DNA of 64,000 nucleotides from an uncultured Thiodictyon sp. (lineage in GTDB: Bacteria; Pseudomonadota; Gammaproteobacteria; Chromatiales; Chromatiaceae): positions 2,551-66,550 of the forward strand of contig NZ_CAILVI010000494.1 of assembly GCF_903837595.1 (NCBI RefSeq). Reading direction: 5' to 3'. Position numbers and translations under genes: made by a program. Below the pieces are notes generated by a model. That model was not told where the DNA came from. It saw only the letters and a program-made list of their open reading frames with translations, and did no database searches. Shown piece after piece: positions 18,171 to 28,316 of this stretch. Positions within the stretch are counted from its first letter, which is position 1. Each line of letters starts with the position of its first letter.

Positions 18171-18608
18171 TCAGCCCGCAGGCAGCCACTCCTGCGCCAG
18201 GATGTCTGCAACCGCCCAAGGGCACTGGTCAGGAAACCCACCCATCCCGGTTTCATTGATGGCGAGCGTCACTGCATCGGCCCATATCGCCTCTTGCCAT
18301 TCGGGATCGGCAAGCTTTGGCTTCAGACTGGGGACCTGTTTGAGATGGAAGGCGAGCGCCCGGCGTTGCTCTCTGATGGTGCGCTGCCAACTGGTGCTTT
18401 GACGTTCCGGCTGATACTGCCACTTGAGGAGGTGGGCAATCAACACGGCCATGCGACTGGCGAGTTCCCGTTGTTCGCTCTTGCCCACGTCTTCTATTTC
18501 CTCGGCAATGTGTTCGAGGTCGAGTTGGTCAAAGTGTCCGGCCCGGAGCAACCGCGCCTGTTCGTTCGACCAGGCAACCACGTCTGTTTCGTAACTGGCG
18601 GCCGTCAT
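18171..18608 (-). CDS. DUF29 domain protein
   Basis: YETDVVAWSNEQARLLRAGHFDQLDLEHIAEEIEDVGKSEQREL...HLLKWQYQP matches the recalled DUF29 signature. Confidence 0.8.
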   Translation of the reverse strand: MTAASYETDVVAWSNEQARLLRAGHFDQLDLEHIAEEIEDVGKSEQRELASRMAVLIAHLLKWQYQPERQSTSWQRTIREQRRALAFHLKQVPSLKPKLADPEWQEAIWADAVTLAINETGMGGFPDQCPWAVADILAQEWLPAG

Positions 18609-18850
18609 GCTGATCACCGATGAGCGGATAGAAAGGTCAACCGGCGGGGCCGGGTCTGGCAGCGATCTTAGGCCCGGCGCAGACGACGGGCAAGCGGGCG
18701 GTCTGGCCCGCTGACGCCGGGGATCGCCCGGCGCCCCGCATCAGTGCTGCATCCATCGGCATTTGCTGATATTCTGGTGACGGACTGGGGCGCTTGCCCC
18801 AGCGCCCAGTGCCCGATCTGTGACCAGCAGGTTCCCGGAGCCCAAATCCC

Positions 18851-19348
18851 ATGACGCAGATTCACAACGATCAAGCGCTGCGCGAGGCCGTCCAGACGCT
18901 CGCGCCCGACCGGCAGCGACTGCTCGGTGGCCGCTTCGCCCAGCGTGTTGCGCACCTCGGCAAGGACGAACGCGTCAAGCGCGCCATCGACACGGCGCTG
19001 CGCGAAGGCGTCGGCGCGGGGGAACTCGAAGACGCCTTCAAGGCCGCCAAGGGCCATGCGATCAAGACCTACACCCAGTGCGGCAAAGACACCGATTGGC
19101 CGGCGCAGGCCGATCACTTCGTCGCCGCCGCCGCCGCGGCAGCCCTGACGCCCGAGGCGACGCCCGAGGCGACGCCGACCGGACTCAAGACCGAGCGGCA
19201 GAACCCCGCCTGGCGGGCCGCGGTGCAGGCGCGCATGGCGAGCAATTGCGCGCTGATGGAGGGCGATGACGTGGCGGCGCAGACCGAGGCCGAGCGTCAG
19301 TATGCCATCGCTAATGCGTTTTTCGCCCAGGGCTCATCCGGGACTTGA
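18851..19348 (+). CDS. Hypothetical protein
   Basis: ATG start and coding-like codon bias. No motif recognised. Confidence 0.45.
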   Translation: MTQIHNDQALREAVQTLAPDRQRLLGGRFAQRVAHLGKDERVKRAIDTALREGVGAGELEDAFKAAKGHAIKTYTQCGKDTDWPAQADHFVAAAAAAALTPEATPEATPTGLKTERQNPAWRAAVQARMASNCALMEGDDVAAQTEAERQYAIANAFFAQGSSGT

Positions 19349-19430
19349 GCGTTGTGCAGCGAAAAACGCATTATAAAACAATTATAAATCTGGCTTTCCG
19401 CTCGCCTTTGGGGCACCTGACATGCCGATA

Positions 19431-19679
19431 TCAAAGAACAGGTGGCTGATCTCCCCCAGCCGCCGCCAGCATCTCGTCGTAGACCTCCCAAGCAGCGGCG
19501 GCATCCGCCGCGCTGACGCGGTCGACGGCGTAGCCCAGGTGGACGACCACATGGTCGCCGACGCTCGGCGGCTCATGCTGGAGCATGAACAGGTTCACCT
19601 CCCGTGCGGCGCCCTTGGCGGTGCAGCGGGCGAGGAAGCCGTCGATGGACTGGATTTGCATGGGGATGCCGAGACACAC
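19431..19679 (-). CDS. hypC: HypC/HupF-family hydrogenase maturation chaperone
   Basis: A GTG start gives the canonical N-terminus (M)CLGIPMQI; about 82 aa. Confidence 0.85.
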   Translation of the reverse strand: MCLGIPMQIQSIDGFLARCTAKGAAREVNLFMLQHEPPSVGDHVVVHLGYAVDRVSAADAAAAWEVYDEMLAAAGGDQPPVL

Positions 19680-19804
19680 GGTGGACGACCTCCGAACCCT
19701 GGCGAAGCGACGCAGACTAGACGCCTTGGTCCCGCGGGGCAAGACGGGCTTTACTCGTGGCAGCCCGTCGCGGCCTGGGGCCCGCGCCTACCGACTGGAG
19801 CGGC

Positions 19805-20296
19805 ATGGTGACCTGCAACACACTGATCCTCGGACTCGGCAACGTGCTGCTCACGGACGAGGCAGCGGGACCCACGGTGGTGGCGCAACTCGAGTCCGAG
19901 ACTGCGCCCGCCGCGCAACTGCGGTTCCTCGACGGTGGGACCTTAAGCTTTACCCTGGCACCGCCGATTGAGGAGTGCGAACGCCTGATCGTAGTGGACG
20001 CCGCGGCCATGGGCGAGTCCCCGGGCAGCGTGCGGGTCTTCGAGGGCGCGGCGATGGACCGCCAGGTGAGTCGGCCCGCCACCAGCGTCCACGAGGTCAG
20101 CCTCGCGGACCTGATGGATATGGTGCGCCTGACCGAGCGCCTGCCCGCGCGGCGTGCACTGATCGGCATCGAGCCCGCGCTGGTCGACTGGGGCGATGGG
20201 CTCACCCCGGCAGTGACGGCGGCGGTCCCGCAGGCCATAGCCCAGGTGCGCGCACTGCTCGCGTGCTGGGATGCACAAGACGGCACGCAACCGTGA
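19805..20296 (+). CDS. hynD: [NiFe]-hydrogenase maturation endopeptidase
   Basis: ILGLGNVLLTDEAAG N-terminus and the internal VVDA and HEVSL motifs typical of HyaD/HupD proteases. Confidence 0.85.
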   Translation: MVTCNTLILGLGNVLLTDEAAGPTVVAQLESETAPAAQLRFLDGGTLSFTLAPPIEECERLIVVDAAAMGESPGSVRVFEGAAMDRQVSRPATSVHEVSLADLMDMVRLTERLPARRALIGIEPALVDWGDGLTPAVTAAVPQAIAQVRALLACWDAQDGTQP

Positions 20297-20403
20297 CCCC
20301 GCAAAGACAATCGAGTCTATAAAGAGCGCTAATTTCGAAGGCCTGACGACGGCGCCGGGCGACCCGCATCCACCGTCCTGACCAGCCTGATTTAGGAGGG
20401 ACC

Positions 20404-21504
20404 ATGTCAGTCAACCACACGAGTCTGGGTGAGCGCCTGCGCGACCAAGGCATCACGCGCCGCAGCTTTTTCAATTACTGTGCCACTATCGCCTCCCTGA
20501 TGGCACTGCCACCGGGCGCGGTCCCGGCCATCGCCGCGGCCCTGGAGGCGGCGCGCCGCCCCAGCGTGATCTGGCTGTCCTTCCAGGAATGCACCGGCTG
20601 CACCGAATCACTCACGCGTAGCCACTCGCCAACCATCGAAGACCTGATCCTGGGGGTGATCTCGCTCGACTATCACCACACCCTCCAGGCCGCCGCCGGG
20701 GCCGCCGCCGAGTCCGCCCGCGAACAGGCGATGAAGGAGAACGACGGCAAGTATTTGCTGATCGTCGACGGCTCACTGCCCGGTCCGGATGCGAACCCGG
20801 GTTATTCCACCATCGCCGGCGTCAGCAACTACGCCATGCTGATGGCAGCGGTGCAGGGCGCCGCGGCCGTCATCGCGGTCGGCACCTGCGCCGCCTTCGG
20901 GGGGCTGCCGGGCGCTGACCCCAATCCCACCGGGGCGGTGTCGGTGATGGACGTGGTGAAGGACAAACCGGTGGTCAATGTCTCCGGCTGCCCGCCGGTC
21001 CCCATGGTCATCACCGGGGTGCTCGCACACTTTCTGACCTTTGGTCGGCTGCCGGAGCTGGACGAATACCACCGGCCGCTCGCCTTCTTCGGCCAGTCCA
21101 TCCACGACCGCTGCTACCGCCGGCCCTTCTATGACAAGGGCCTGTTCGCTGAGACCTTCGACGACGCGGGCGCCCGGGCCGGTTGGTGCATGTACCGGCT
21201 CGGCTGCAAAGGCCCCAGCACCTATAACGCCTGCGCCACCATGCGCTGGAACGCGGGCATCAGTTGGCCGATCGAGGCCGGGCACCCCTGCCTGGGCTGC
21301 TCCGAGCCCCGGTTCTGGGACGCGGGCGGCTTCTATACGCAGTTGTCGGTGCCGCTCGGCATGCCCGACAAGGCCCTGTTGGCGGCGGGTGCGGCCGGCG
21401 CAGTCATCGGCGGCGTGGTGGCGACCAAGGCGAAGAGCCGGGTCAGGGCCGAGTTGACCGACCGCCAACCGGTCACGGTGCAAGAGTTGGAGCAGAAACT
21501 ATGA
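20404..21504 (+). CDS. hynS: [NiFe]-hydrogenase small subunit with Tat signal
   Basis: Tat motif TRRSFFNYCA, proximal-cluster motif ECTGCTES, distal Cys/His motifs. SD AGGAGGG upstream. Confidence 0.95.
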   Translation: MSVNHTSLGERLRDQGITRRSFFNYCATIASLMALPPGAVPAIAAALEAARRPSVIWLSFQECTGCTESLTRSHSPTIEDLILGVISLDYHHTLQAAAGAAAESAREQAMKENDGKYLLIVDGSLPGPDANPGYSTIAGVSNYAMLMAAVQGAAAVIAVGTCAAFGGLPGADPNPTGAVSVMDVVKDKPVVNVSGCPPVPMVITGVLAHFLTFGRLPELDEYHRPLAFFGQSIHDRCYRRPFYDKGLFAETFDDAGARAGWCMYRLGCKGPSTYNACATMRWNAGISWPIEAGHPCLGCSEPRFWDAGGFYTQLSVPLGMPDKALLAAGAAGAVIGGVVATKAKSRVRAELTDRQPVTVQELEQKL

Positions 21505-22163
21505 TCGACCCCATGGCCTTTCTGTTACTCACCAAGGGCCCGCTGTTCACCGTGGCGATCAGCATCTGCGCCCTGGGTCTGGCCGCGCGCATCCTGGAGA
21601 TCCTGGTCATCGGGCGCAAGCCCAACTACTCGGAACCCCGCGCGGGTGAATGGCTGCCGGGCCTGCGGGCCGTCGTCACCCGCAGCATCGCGGACCCGGG
21701 CACCCTTAAGCGCGCACCCTTCGACGTGGTGGTGGGGTGGCTCTGGCACCTCGGTTTCATCCTCACCCTGCTGCTCTTCATCCCGCACATCGCCCTGATC
21801 CAAAGCCTGTTCGGCCTGTCCTGGCCGGGCCTGCCCAACCCGGCGGTCAATCTGGTCACCGCCGTGACCCTGGTCGCCCTGGTCGCGACCCTGGTCCACC
21901 GCCTCACCCACCCGGTGAAGAAGCGCATCAGCACCATGGAGGACTACCTGGTGTGGGCCGTGGTCTTCCTGGTGGTGCTCTCCGGCTACCTGGCCTACAA
22001 CCGGATCATCAACCCCTATCCGCTGGCACTGGGGCTGCACATCCTGAGCGCCGAGATCCTGCTGATCTGTCTGCCATTCACCAAGCTCACCCACATCTTC
22101 ACCGCATTCATCGCACGGTGGTACAACGGGGCCAGCTTCGGCCGCCGGGGAGTCCAGTCATGA
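21501..22163 (+). CDS. isp1: Isp1, NarI/DsrM-like membrane b-type cytochrome
   Basis: ATG 21501 overlaps the hynS stop. Five TM segments with conserved His residues. Sits between the small and large subunit genes. Confidence 0.85.
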   Translation: MIDPMAFLLLTKGPLFTVAISICALGLAARILEILVIGRKPNYSEPRAGEWLPGLRAVVTRSIADPGTLKRAPFDVVVGWLWHLGFILTLLLFIPHIALIQSLFGLSWPGLPNPAVNLVTAVTLVALVATLVHRLTHPVKKRISTMEDYLVWAVVFLVVLSGYLAYNRIINPYPLALGLHILSAEILLICLPFTKLTHIFTAFIARWYNGASFGRRGVQS

Positions 22164-23449
22164 AGCCAGCCGCCACGGCATTCACGCTGGAACGGGGCCT
22201 GGCCGCCTTCCGCGCGGAGATTGACGGCCCGGTGGCCGCCTTCTTCTCCAGTTGCGTCCACTGCGGCATTTGCGCCCAGTCCTGTTCCTTTTATCTTGAG
22301 ACCGGCGATCCCAAATACACGCCGATCCTCAAACTGGAACCCCTGCGCCGCATCTGGGCCGCCGAGTTCACCCTGGTCGGCCGGCTCAAGGGGCTGCTGG
22401 GACTCAACAAGAAGGTCACGGACGCGATGCTGACGCAATGGGAGGAGCTGATCTATGACTCCTGCTCCATGTGCGGACGCTGCTCACTGGTGTGCCCGGT
22501 GGGTAACGACATCCAGGCGATGGTGCGCAAGTCGCGCGAGGGCATGGTCGCCTCCGGCCACGCCCCTGAAGGGCTGATCGGCGCCTGCGTGCGGGCCATC
22601 CAGACCGGCAGCCCGATGGGGCTCCAGTGGAAGACGCTCCAGGTCCAGATCAACCATGTCCAGACCAGCACCGGACTCACGGTACCGATCGACCAGGCCG
22701 GCGTCGACTATCTGGTGATGCTCTCCTCCATGGAGATCATCAACTTCCCGGAATATCTGGAGGCCATCACCCGCATCTTCGACCACGCCGGAGTGACCTG
22801 GACGCTCAGCACCCAGTGCTTCGAGGCGACCAACGCCGGCATCCAGATCGGCAACAAGGACGTGGCGAAGATCCTGGTTCAACGGGTGGTGGATGCGGCC
22901 GTCGCGCTCGGCGTAAGAAACGTCATCAGCCCCGAGTGCGGTCACGCCTACACCGCCATCCGCTGGGAAGGGCCCAACCTGATCGGCAAGTCGTACCCCT
23001 TCAAGGTCTTCCACATCATCGAGATACTGGACCAACTGCGCACCGCGGGCCGGATCAAGACCGAGGGTTTGGAGACCGACCGCCTGTCACTGCACGACCC
23101 CTGCAACCTGGCGCGCAAGAGCGGCGTCATCGACGAGCAGCGCCATCTGATGGACCTGGTCGCCGGGAACTTTGTCGAGCTGAACGAGCACGGGCGCTTC
23201 CAGTGGTGCTGCGGTGCGGGCGGCGGGGTGGGCTCCAACGAGCGGGCGGCGGACCTGAAACTCGCCGCCTTCCGGCGCAAGAAGGCGCAGATCGAGGAGG
23301 TGGAGCCGGCGCGGATGGTGACCATGTGCGCCTCCTGCCGGACCCAGCTCGAGGAGGGGCTGGAGCACTTCAACATGGACATCCCGGTGATCGGTCTCAC
23401 CGAACTGATCGCCGAGCACTTGGTCGATAAAGAAGAGGACCCATCATGA
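22160..23449 (+). CDS. isp2: Isp2, HdrD/DsrK-like Fe-S protein
   Basis: ATG 22160 overlaps the isp1 stop. Two 4Fe-4S motifs (CVHCGICAQSC, CSMCGRCSLVCP) and CCG-type motifs (DPCNLARK, WCCGAGGG). Confidence 0.85.
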   Translation: MKPAATAFTLERGLAAFRAEIDGPVAAFFSSCVHCGICAQSCSFYLETGDPKYTPILKLEPLRRIWAAEFTLVGRLKGLLGLNKKVTDAMLTQWEELIYDSCSMCGRCSLVCPVGNDIQAMVRKSREGMVASGHAPEGLIGACVRAIQTGSPMGLQWKTLQVQINHVQTSTGLTVPIDQAGVDYLVMLSSMEIINFPEYLEAITRIFDHAGVTWTLSTQCFEATNAGIQIGNKDVAKILVQRVVDAAVALGVRNVISPECGHAYTAIRWEGPNLIGKSYPFKVFHIIEILDQLRTAGRIKTEGLETDRLSLHDPCNLARKSGVIDEQRHLMDLVAGNFVELNEHGRFQWCCGAGGGVGSNERAADLKLAAFRRKKAQIEEVEPARMVTMCASCRTQLEEGLEHFNMDIPVIGLTELIAEHLVDKEEDPS

Positions 23450-25176
23450 GCGAACGCCTCGTCGTCGACCCCATCACCCGCATTGAGGGCCATCTACGCA
23501 TCGAGGTCGAGCTGGCGGGCGCCAAGATCGCGCAGGCCTACAGCTCCGGCACCATGGTGCGCGGCATCGAGACCATCCTAAAGGGCCGCGACCCGCGCAA
23601 CGCCTGGGCCTTTGCGCAGCGCATCTGCGGGGTTTGCACCCTGGTACATGGACTTGCCTCGGTGCGCGCGGTGGAGGAGGCGCTGCTGATCGAGTTGCCG
23701 CCCAACGCCCAGTTGATCCGCAATCTGATGATCGGCGCCCAGTTTGTGCACGATCATGTGATGCACTTCTACCATCTGCACGCGCTCGATTGGGTGGACG
23801 TGGTGAGCGCGCTGTCCGCCAGCCCGGAGGCGACGTCCACCCTGGCCCAATCCATCAGCCCCTGGCCCAAGTCCTCCCCCGGCTATTTCCGGGACGTGCA
23901 GAAGCGCCTCAAGGGCTTCGTGGACTCCGGCCAACTCGGCATCTTCGCCAACGGCTACTGGGGCCACCCGGCCTACAAGCTGCCGCCGGAGGCCAACCTG
24001 ATGGCCGTTGCACACTATCTGGAGGCCCTGGCCTGGCAGCGCGATGCGGCGCGCCTGCACGCCATTTTCGGCGGCAAGAACCCGCACCCCAACTTCGTGG
24101 TGGGCGGCGTGGCCTGCCCCATCGATCTCAACTCGGACTCGGCCATCAACGCCAAGAAGCTCGCGGAGGTACAGACCGTCATCGCCTCTATGCAGCAGTT
24201 CGTGGATCAGGTCTATGTGCCGGATACGCTCGCCATCGCCGGCTTCTACCCGGACTGGTTCCAGCGCGGCGAGGGGCTCGGCAACTTCCTCTGCTACGGG
24301 GACCTGCCCGCCAGCGGGCTCATGGACCCGGAAGGCTTCCTGTTCCCGCGGGGGGCCATCCTCAACCGCGATCTCAGCACCATCCACGAGGTGGACCTGC
24401 ACGACGATTCCCAAGTCCAGGAGTTCGTCTCTCACGCCTGGTACGACTACCGGGGCGGCAAGGACGCCGGCCTGCATCCCTACGCCGGCGAGACCACACT
24501 CGATTATGACGGGCGCGGCGGGGTCCAACCGCCCTACTCCCAACTCGACGTCACGGACGGCTATACCTGGCTCAAGGCGCCGCGCTGGAAGGGCCACGCT
24601 ATGGAGGTCGGACCGCTGGCGCGGGTGCTCATGCTGTATGCCACCGGCCACGCCCAGACCAAGGAGCTGGTCGACATGACGCTTTCGACCCTCAAGCTCG
24701 AACCCCGCGCGCTCTTCTCGACCCTGGGTCGGACCGCCGCCCGCACCCTGGAGACCAAGATTCTGGTCGACGCCATGCAGGGCTGGTATGACAGTCTCAT
24801 CGCCAACATCAAAGCGGGCGAGGACCGGACCTTCAACGAGGGGCGCTGGGATCCGGCCACCTGGCCGCGCGAGGCACGCGGCGCTGGCTTCATGGAGGCC
24901 CCGCGCGGCGCGCTGGGCCATTGGATCGTCATCAAGGACGGGCTGATCGAGAACTACCAGGCGGTGGTCCCGTCCACCTGGAACGCCGGCCCGCGCGACC
25001 CCGCCAACCAGCCCGGCGCCTACGAGGCCGCGCTGGCGGACAATCACCAACTGGCCGATGTGAAGCAGCCACTGGAGATCCTGCGCACCATCCACTCCTT
25101 CGACCCCTGCATCGCCTGCGCGGTCCATTTGGCCGATCCAGGCAGCGGGGAGCGGATCGAGATCAAGGTGACTTGA
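23446..25176 (+). CDS. hynL: [NiFe]-hydrogenase large subunit
   Basis: N-terminal RIEGH and RICGVC motifs; C-terminal DPCIACAVH motif. Confidence 0.95.
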   Translation: MSERLVVDPITRIEGHLRIEVELAGAKIAQAYSSGTMVRGIETILKGRDPRNAWAFAQRICGVCTLVHGLASVRAVEEALLIELPPNAQLIRNLMIGAQFVHDHVMHFYHLHALDWVDVVSALSASPEATSTLAQSISPWPKSSPGYFRDVQKRLKGFVDSGQLGIFANGYWGHPAYKLPPEANLMAVAHYLEALAWQRDAARLHAIFGGKNPHPNFVVGGVACPIDLNSDSAINAKKLAEVQTVIASMQQFVDQVYVPDTLAIAGFYPDWFQRGEGLGNFLCYGDLPASGLMDPEGFLFPRGAILNRDLSTIHEVDLHDDSQVQEFVSHAWYDYRGGKDAGLHPYAGETTLDYDGRGGVQPPYSQLDVTDGYTWLKAPRWKGHAMEVGPLARVLMLYATGHAQTKELVDMTLSTLKLEPRALFSTLGRTAARTLETKILVDAMQGWYDSLIANIKAGEDRTFNEGRWDPATWPREARGAGFMEAPRGALGHWIVIKDGLIENYQAVVPSTWNAGPRDPANQPGAYEAALADNHQLADVKQPLEILRTIHSFDPCIACAVHLADPGSGERIEIKVT

Positions 25177-28002
25177 TGCCAAGGCCCAACGGTGGACGCA
25201 CAGGGACTTCCTTCTCGCGCAGTGCCTGCGCGACATCGGCGTGACCATGGCGCTGGGCGACCATTAATGCCGTCTCGCCATCCGAGTTCCTGGCGTTCAC
25301 CGCGGCACCCCGGTCGAGCAGCGCCCGCACGACCTGAATATCTCCGGTGAGCGAGGCGAGCATCAAGGAGGTCCTGCCCATTTGGCTCGCCGCGTCCACC
25401 ACGGCCCCCTGCGCGAGCAGCATTGCCACCACCTCCCTGTGGCCCAGGACCGAGGCGAGCATCAACGCGGTCCAGCGGGCATCGCTCTTTGCCCAGTCCG
25501 AGCGGCCCTCCTGTTGCAGTTCCACCCAGATCTCGGCAGGCGTCGGTTGGCACGGCGGCTTCAACCTGATCCTTTCGGGTCCAGGCGACTGCCGCTGCGC
25601 CGGTTCGACCTCGCGCTCGGCATAGTAGACCAGGGCGTCCCTCCAGCGGCGCGGATCGCGGGCTTCCAGAACCGCGCCCTGGGCGAGCAACTCCCGCACG
25701 ACCTCGGCGTGGCCCCAGGCCGCGGCGATCAGCAAGGGGGTAAGGCCTGTTGGGTCCTTGGCATCGACCGCGGCACCCTGGGCCAGGAGCGCCGGCACGA
25801 CCGCGTGGAGATTGTTCTGCGCGGCCGCGTGCAGGACGGTTTCTCCGCGCTTGTCCTTGTCCTTGGCCGGAACCGCGGCACCCTGGTCAAGCAAGGTCTG
25901 CACGACCTCTGCGCAACCGCTCTGCGCGGCATTGAACAAGGCGGTTGCGCCTCGGGCGTCCTGCGTATCGACCGCGGCACCCTTCCCCAGCAGTGTCTGG
26001 ACGACCTCGCGGCAACCGCTCCCCGCGGCATAGTCCAAGGCGGTTACACCGCGCTCATCCCTGGCCTCGACCGCGAGGCCCCGGTCGAGCAGCCCCCGCA
26101 CGAGGTCCAGGTGGCAGCCACCCGCGGCGTCCACCAACAGCCTTGCGTCGGTCGCCGCACCCTGGCCGAGCAGCGCCCACACGATCTCACGGTGGCCGCG
26201 CCGCGTGGCATAGTGCACGGCGGCGGCACCCATCTGGTCCTTGGCCGCGACCTCGGCGCCATGATCCAGCAGTGCCTGCACGAGCGCCGCCCGATTTTGC
26301 TCTGCGGCGAACATCAATGCAGTCCTGCCATTCTGACCGCGGGCATCGGCCGCGGCACCCTTCGCCAGCAGCGCCTGCACGATCTCGCCGTAGCCGCGTT
26401 GCGCAGCCTCAAGCACCAGATGAGCCCCGCGCTCAGTCTTGACCTGGGCCGCGGCGGCGTGGTCGAGCAGCGCCCGGACGACCTGCGTGTCACCGTGACG
26501 CACCGCAAATTCCAACGCGGTCGCGCCCATGCTGTTCTTGGCCTCAGAGTTGGCCCCCTGTGCGAGCAAGACCCGCACGACCGTCGCGTTGCCCCGCTGC
26601 GCGGCGCTCAACAAGGGGGTGTCGCCCTACGCATTGATGACCTGGACATAGGCGCCCTTTGCGAGCAGGGCCTGCACCACCTCGAGGTCACCCCGCTTCG
26701 CGGCCTCGTCCAAGGCGGTCTGACCGTCACGGTTCCCGGCCTTGACGTTGGCGCCTTTCTCCAGTAGTACCTGCACGACCTCGCCATGGCCCTCCGGAGC
26801 GGCGTCCAACAAGAGGGTGCGGCCATACTCATTTTGGGTCTCGACATCGGCGCCGCGCTCGAGCAGTGCCCGCACCAGCTCCGGGTAGCCGGAGTGCGCC
26901 GCCCCTGAGACGAGGGAGGTAGCCTCTTTGCCCCGCGCATCGATAACGGCGCCCCGCTCGAGCAGAAGCAGCGCCTTTTCAAAGCTGTGCTGCGATGCGG
27001 CCATGGCCAGTGCGGTCTTGCCGTTACTCGCCTTCGCATTTAAATCGGCACCCTGGTCGAGCAACGCCCGCAGGGTCGCCGGGGGGCCATTACAGCTCGT
27101 GGCCGATATCAAGGCGATTGACCGGCTGCGATCTCTGGCATTGACCGCCGCACCCCGCTCGAGCAGCGCCTGTACGACCTCCGGGGAACTATCCGAGGCG
27201 GCACGCCACAACGTCATCTCCCCGGCACCGTCGCGGGCAGTGACCGCCGCGTCCGTGTCGCCCTGGGCCTTGATCGGCACGCCCACGGCGCGGGGTACCC
27301 GGGATGAGCCGGCTGTCGTCCGCTCTTTCTGCGCGGCGGCCAGCAAAGCCGTGACCTGGTGGCGCGTCTTGGCATCAACTTTGGGGCTATTGGTCAGCAG
27401 CGCCTTCACGACCAGCGTGTGGCCCTGCCGGGCCGCAACCGTCAGCGCGTCATACCCTTGGCGTCCCTGGCATCGACCGGTGCGCCATGGGCGAGCAACA
27501 ACCGGACGACCCGCGGATCACCCTGGCGTGCAGCGAGCATCAACGCGGTCGTGCCGTCGCTGCCTGGGGCATCGACGTTGGCGCCTCGGGCGAGCAGCTC
27601 CAACGCGAGCGCGCGAGAATTCCAGTATCGCAATGCCTGAAGCAAAGGAGTCCAACCGTCCGGGTCCTTGGCGTCAGGGTCGGCGCCCGCCTCGAGCAGA
27701 ATCTGCGCGACGCCGCGGTCACCTTTCTGCGCGGCGATCAGCAAGGCAGTGCGACCCTCGCAGTCTCTTGCTTCGGCCGCGGTGCCCCAATAAAGCAGAC
27801 TCCGCACGACCTCGTCCTGACCCTGCTGTGCGGCAGCCAACAGACGTTCGGCCCACGCCGGGCCGCAGCCCGGCAAGGCGAGTGCCTGCTGAGACGGGGG
27901 CTCGGCCAGCGCCGCGACCGAACACCAGAGGGCGAGCACGGACGCCATCGGCCGCGCCAAGAACCAACCAGAAAACGTTTGCGGTGCGCATGACATGGCC
28001 AT
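25163..28002 (-). pseudogene. Signal-peptide ankyrin-repeat protein (~990 aa if intact), split into three ORFs
   Basis: ORFs 27442..28134, 26627..27409 and 25163..26614 all carry continuous ankyrin repeats (G.TAL..AA..GH..VV..LL..GA). A one-base loss in the CCC run at 27445..27447 shifts the frame (..DAKG / YDALTVAARQGH). An in-frame TAG at 26627..26629 interrupts a repeat (GAYVQVINA*GDTPLLSAAQRG). Confidence 0.7.
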
Positions 28003-28316
28003 CCTTCCTTCGGCTCTGTGTGGTGCTGAGAAGCAACTGACGGCCACCGGTGGTGATGCAAGGCCCTGGCGGCCTTGATCGGCGCCGACCCTCGCGTATG
28101 GTACGACAAGACCGAAGAAACTCCTGGCCACCATTCAAGAGCCGGGCCGCCGCAGTCAGTCCCGCTTGATCTCATGGGGGATCGATTCCGGCATCCTGCC
28201 GAACTGACGGCCCTGCAGGATCGCCAACCTTGGCTACAATGAATACCGGCAACGCACGCTACAGCGCGCCGTGGATGGCCGGCTGACAGTGCGCGCCGCA
28301 CCGCATGGAGCCCAGT

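Noticed and set aside
20297-20403. Search for an FNR-type (TTGAT-N4-ATCAA) or sigma54 site upstream of hynS
   Set aside because: No acceptable match was seen by eye, so no promoter is claimed.
23578-25248. 556-aa minus-strand ORF antisense to hynL. Similar long shadow ORFs occur at 12281..13771 (+), 39967..41520 (+), 20773..21483 (-) and 25382..26767 (+).
   Set aside because: Each lies opposite or out of frame to a gene with unmistakable motifs (hynL, pntB, ppc, hynS, ankyrin). Their products are compositionally biased nonsense.
26627-26629. Programmed readthrough, pyrrolysine or selenocysteine as an explanation for the in-frame stops (also at 37624, 38629, 55797 and 55935)
   Set aside because: No Pyl or Sec machinery or SECIS-like context is visible. 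The same genes also carry frameshifts and deletions, so simple inactivation or sequence error is more parsimonious.
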